DNA from: Azolla caroliniana
Lineage: Eukaryota > Plantae > Polypodiophyta
Assembly: GCA_043228905.1 (NCBI GenBank)
Contig: JBHGNT010000204.1
Coordinates: 1-53,673, forward strand
Direction of reading: 5' to 3'
Length of the DNA stretch: 53,673 nt
Within the stretch, counting starts at the first letter, position 1. Each line of letters opens with the position of its first letter. Below, in pieces: positions 52,390 through 53,673 of the stretch. A program made the translations under genes and the position numbers. The notes under the pieces are model-generated. The model was not told the origin of the DNA. It made no database searches and saw only the letters and a list, made by a program, of their open reading frames with translations.

Positions 52390-53673
52390 TTATCTAGCGT
52401 CAACTCTCTCCTTGTTTGAACCTCAAATAACATGAGTCGTGTGCACTAGTTTCCATTTTGTTGCTAGTGCTTTATGTGTCACCATTTTGTTAATGAGCTA
52501 CTCATATCATAGGTAAGGGATCACATCTTAATTGGTGGTGTTGTCCTTGTATAGCAACTTGTGTTTCTTATCGACTCTAGATTGAAGGTCAGTTGAATAG
52601 ACATCTTAGAAGAAATAACAAAATCCATGCACACAAATCCAAGCCTAAAAGTTGCATGCTTTTGGTGCTAGTTCTTTATGTGTCACCATATTGTTTTGAT
52701 ACGCAAACTATATGATTAGTAAAGGTTTGTATTGTTAATTGGTATTGTCCTTGTATATCAAGTTGTGTTGTTTATCAACTCTAGAGTGAAGGTTGTATAT
52801 TACGCTAAATTGGTAAGATCTTGGTGGCAATGTGTTTATCGAGGCCCTCAATCACTACCCCGTGGATATTCAGTCATTCATCAAGATTGCTTCTTTTATT
52901 TGCGGTCTACTTACAAGTTTAGGGTTTTTGTTTGTAGGGATTCCATCTCTTTTCCATGTGCCCTTTCGGGTTTTATAGATTCTTCTCAAGTAAGAGTTGG
53001 AAGGTGAGGTACTATGGGTTCGCTTTTATGCTCAATTGTTAGACGTTCCATCAATTTGCTTAATTCCCTCTTGCATAGGAAACAAATCTTAGAAAGAAAT
53101 GATCCAAGCTACGAGTTTTGACTCCATGAAATCTTTAGCCCTTGTACCAAAATTTCGAAGGTCAAGGTTGTTATACTGGCTCCGATATCTACAAAACCAA
53201 ATTCCTTATGCTTATTTAGTTGGCACAAAAGGTATGCACCACTTATAGGTAACTGCCATCTTTAAGGCAATCTACAATGTAGTTATATTCATCGCAACAT
53301 TTCATATCAAGATGGTACATTACATTCATTATAGCGAGTGACTGAATTCACTAGATTGTGTGCCTAGCCATTTGCACATAGCTTTATTGTACTCCCAAAT
53401 GATGTGTATATCACATACCGATAGGTCTACATCAAACTATGCAATTCATTAGTCATCCATGAGGGAAATTCCCTCTTGCCCAGTAACTTTATGAATATAG
53501 ACTTGAATGTGATAGTTTTGAATTTTCAACCACATAGTTAGGCTATGCTCTAATCCGTGTATCTCATTTACTTCGATCTTTAATCATTTCTTCTAGTATT
53601 TGGATGGATCCATCTATTATCCTTTGTTTGATCTTGCTACATGACATCTTGTTCAAACTATTTTATTTGAAAG

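Larger units (their letters stand above)
17898..53673 (+). repeat. Large tandem segmental duplication, period ~19,040 bp
   Basis: ORF pairs at +19,037 (18994/38031) and +19,043 (23632/42675, 29991/49034). Bases 1-15530 are a further copy (offset ~29,730 at the window start) with indels. Confidence 0.97.

Overview
Eukaryotic, land-plant-like DNA (GT-AG introns, type II metacaspase, LINE and Copia debris; a non-seed plant is my guess). The window holds about 2.3 copies of a near-identical tandem unit with a ~19,040-bp period. Each unit carries an intact two-exon type II metacaspase gene, an exon-2-only metacaspase pseudogene with amplified p10 fragments, a 269-bp tandem repeat, L1-like and RTE-like LINE fragments and Copia LTR remnants. 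The first unit alone carries a 9,057-bp DNA transposon (5838-14894). It has ~35-bp TIRs and a TTAC target-site duplication, and the empty site is visible in the sister unit at 36300. It encodes an intact 926-aa DDD/E transposase (Sola/DUF7869-like by motif recall). Divergently, it encodes a six-exon gene of ~970 aa fusing a ParB-like N-terminal domain to a prokaryote-type beta-class N6A/N4C DNA methyltransferase. Intron 1 of that gene contains seven copies of a 25-bp palindrome spaced 51-52 bp apart, a candidate parS-like or methyltransferase target array. This element is the candidate novel system.
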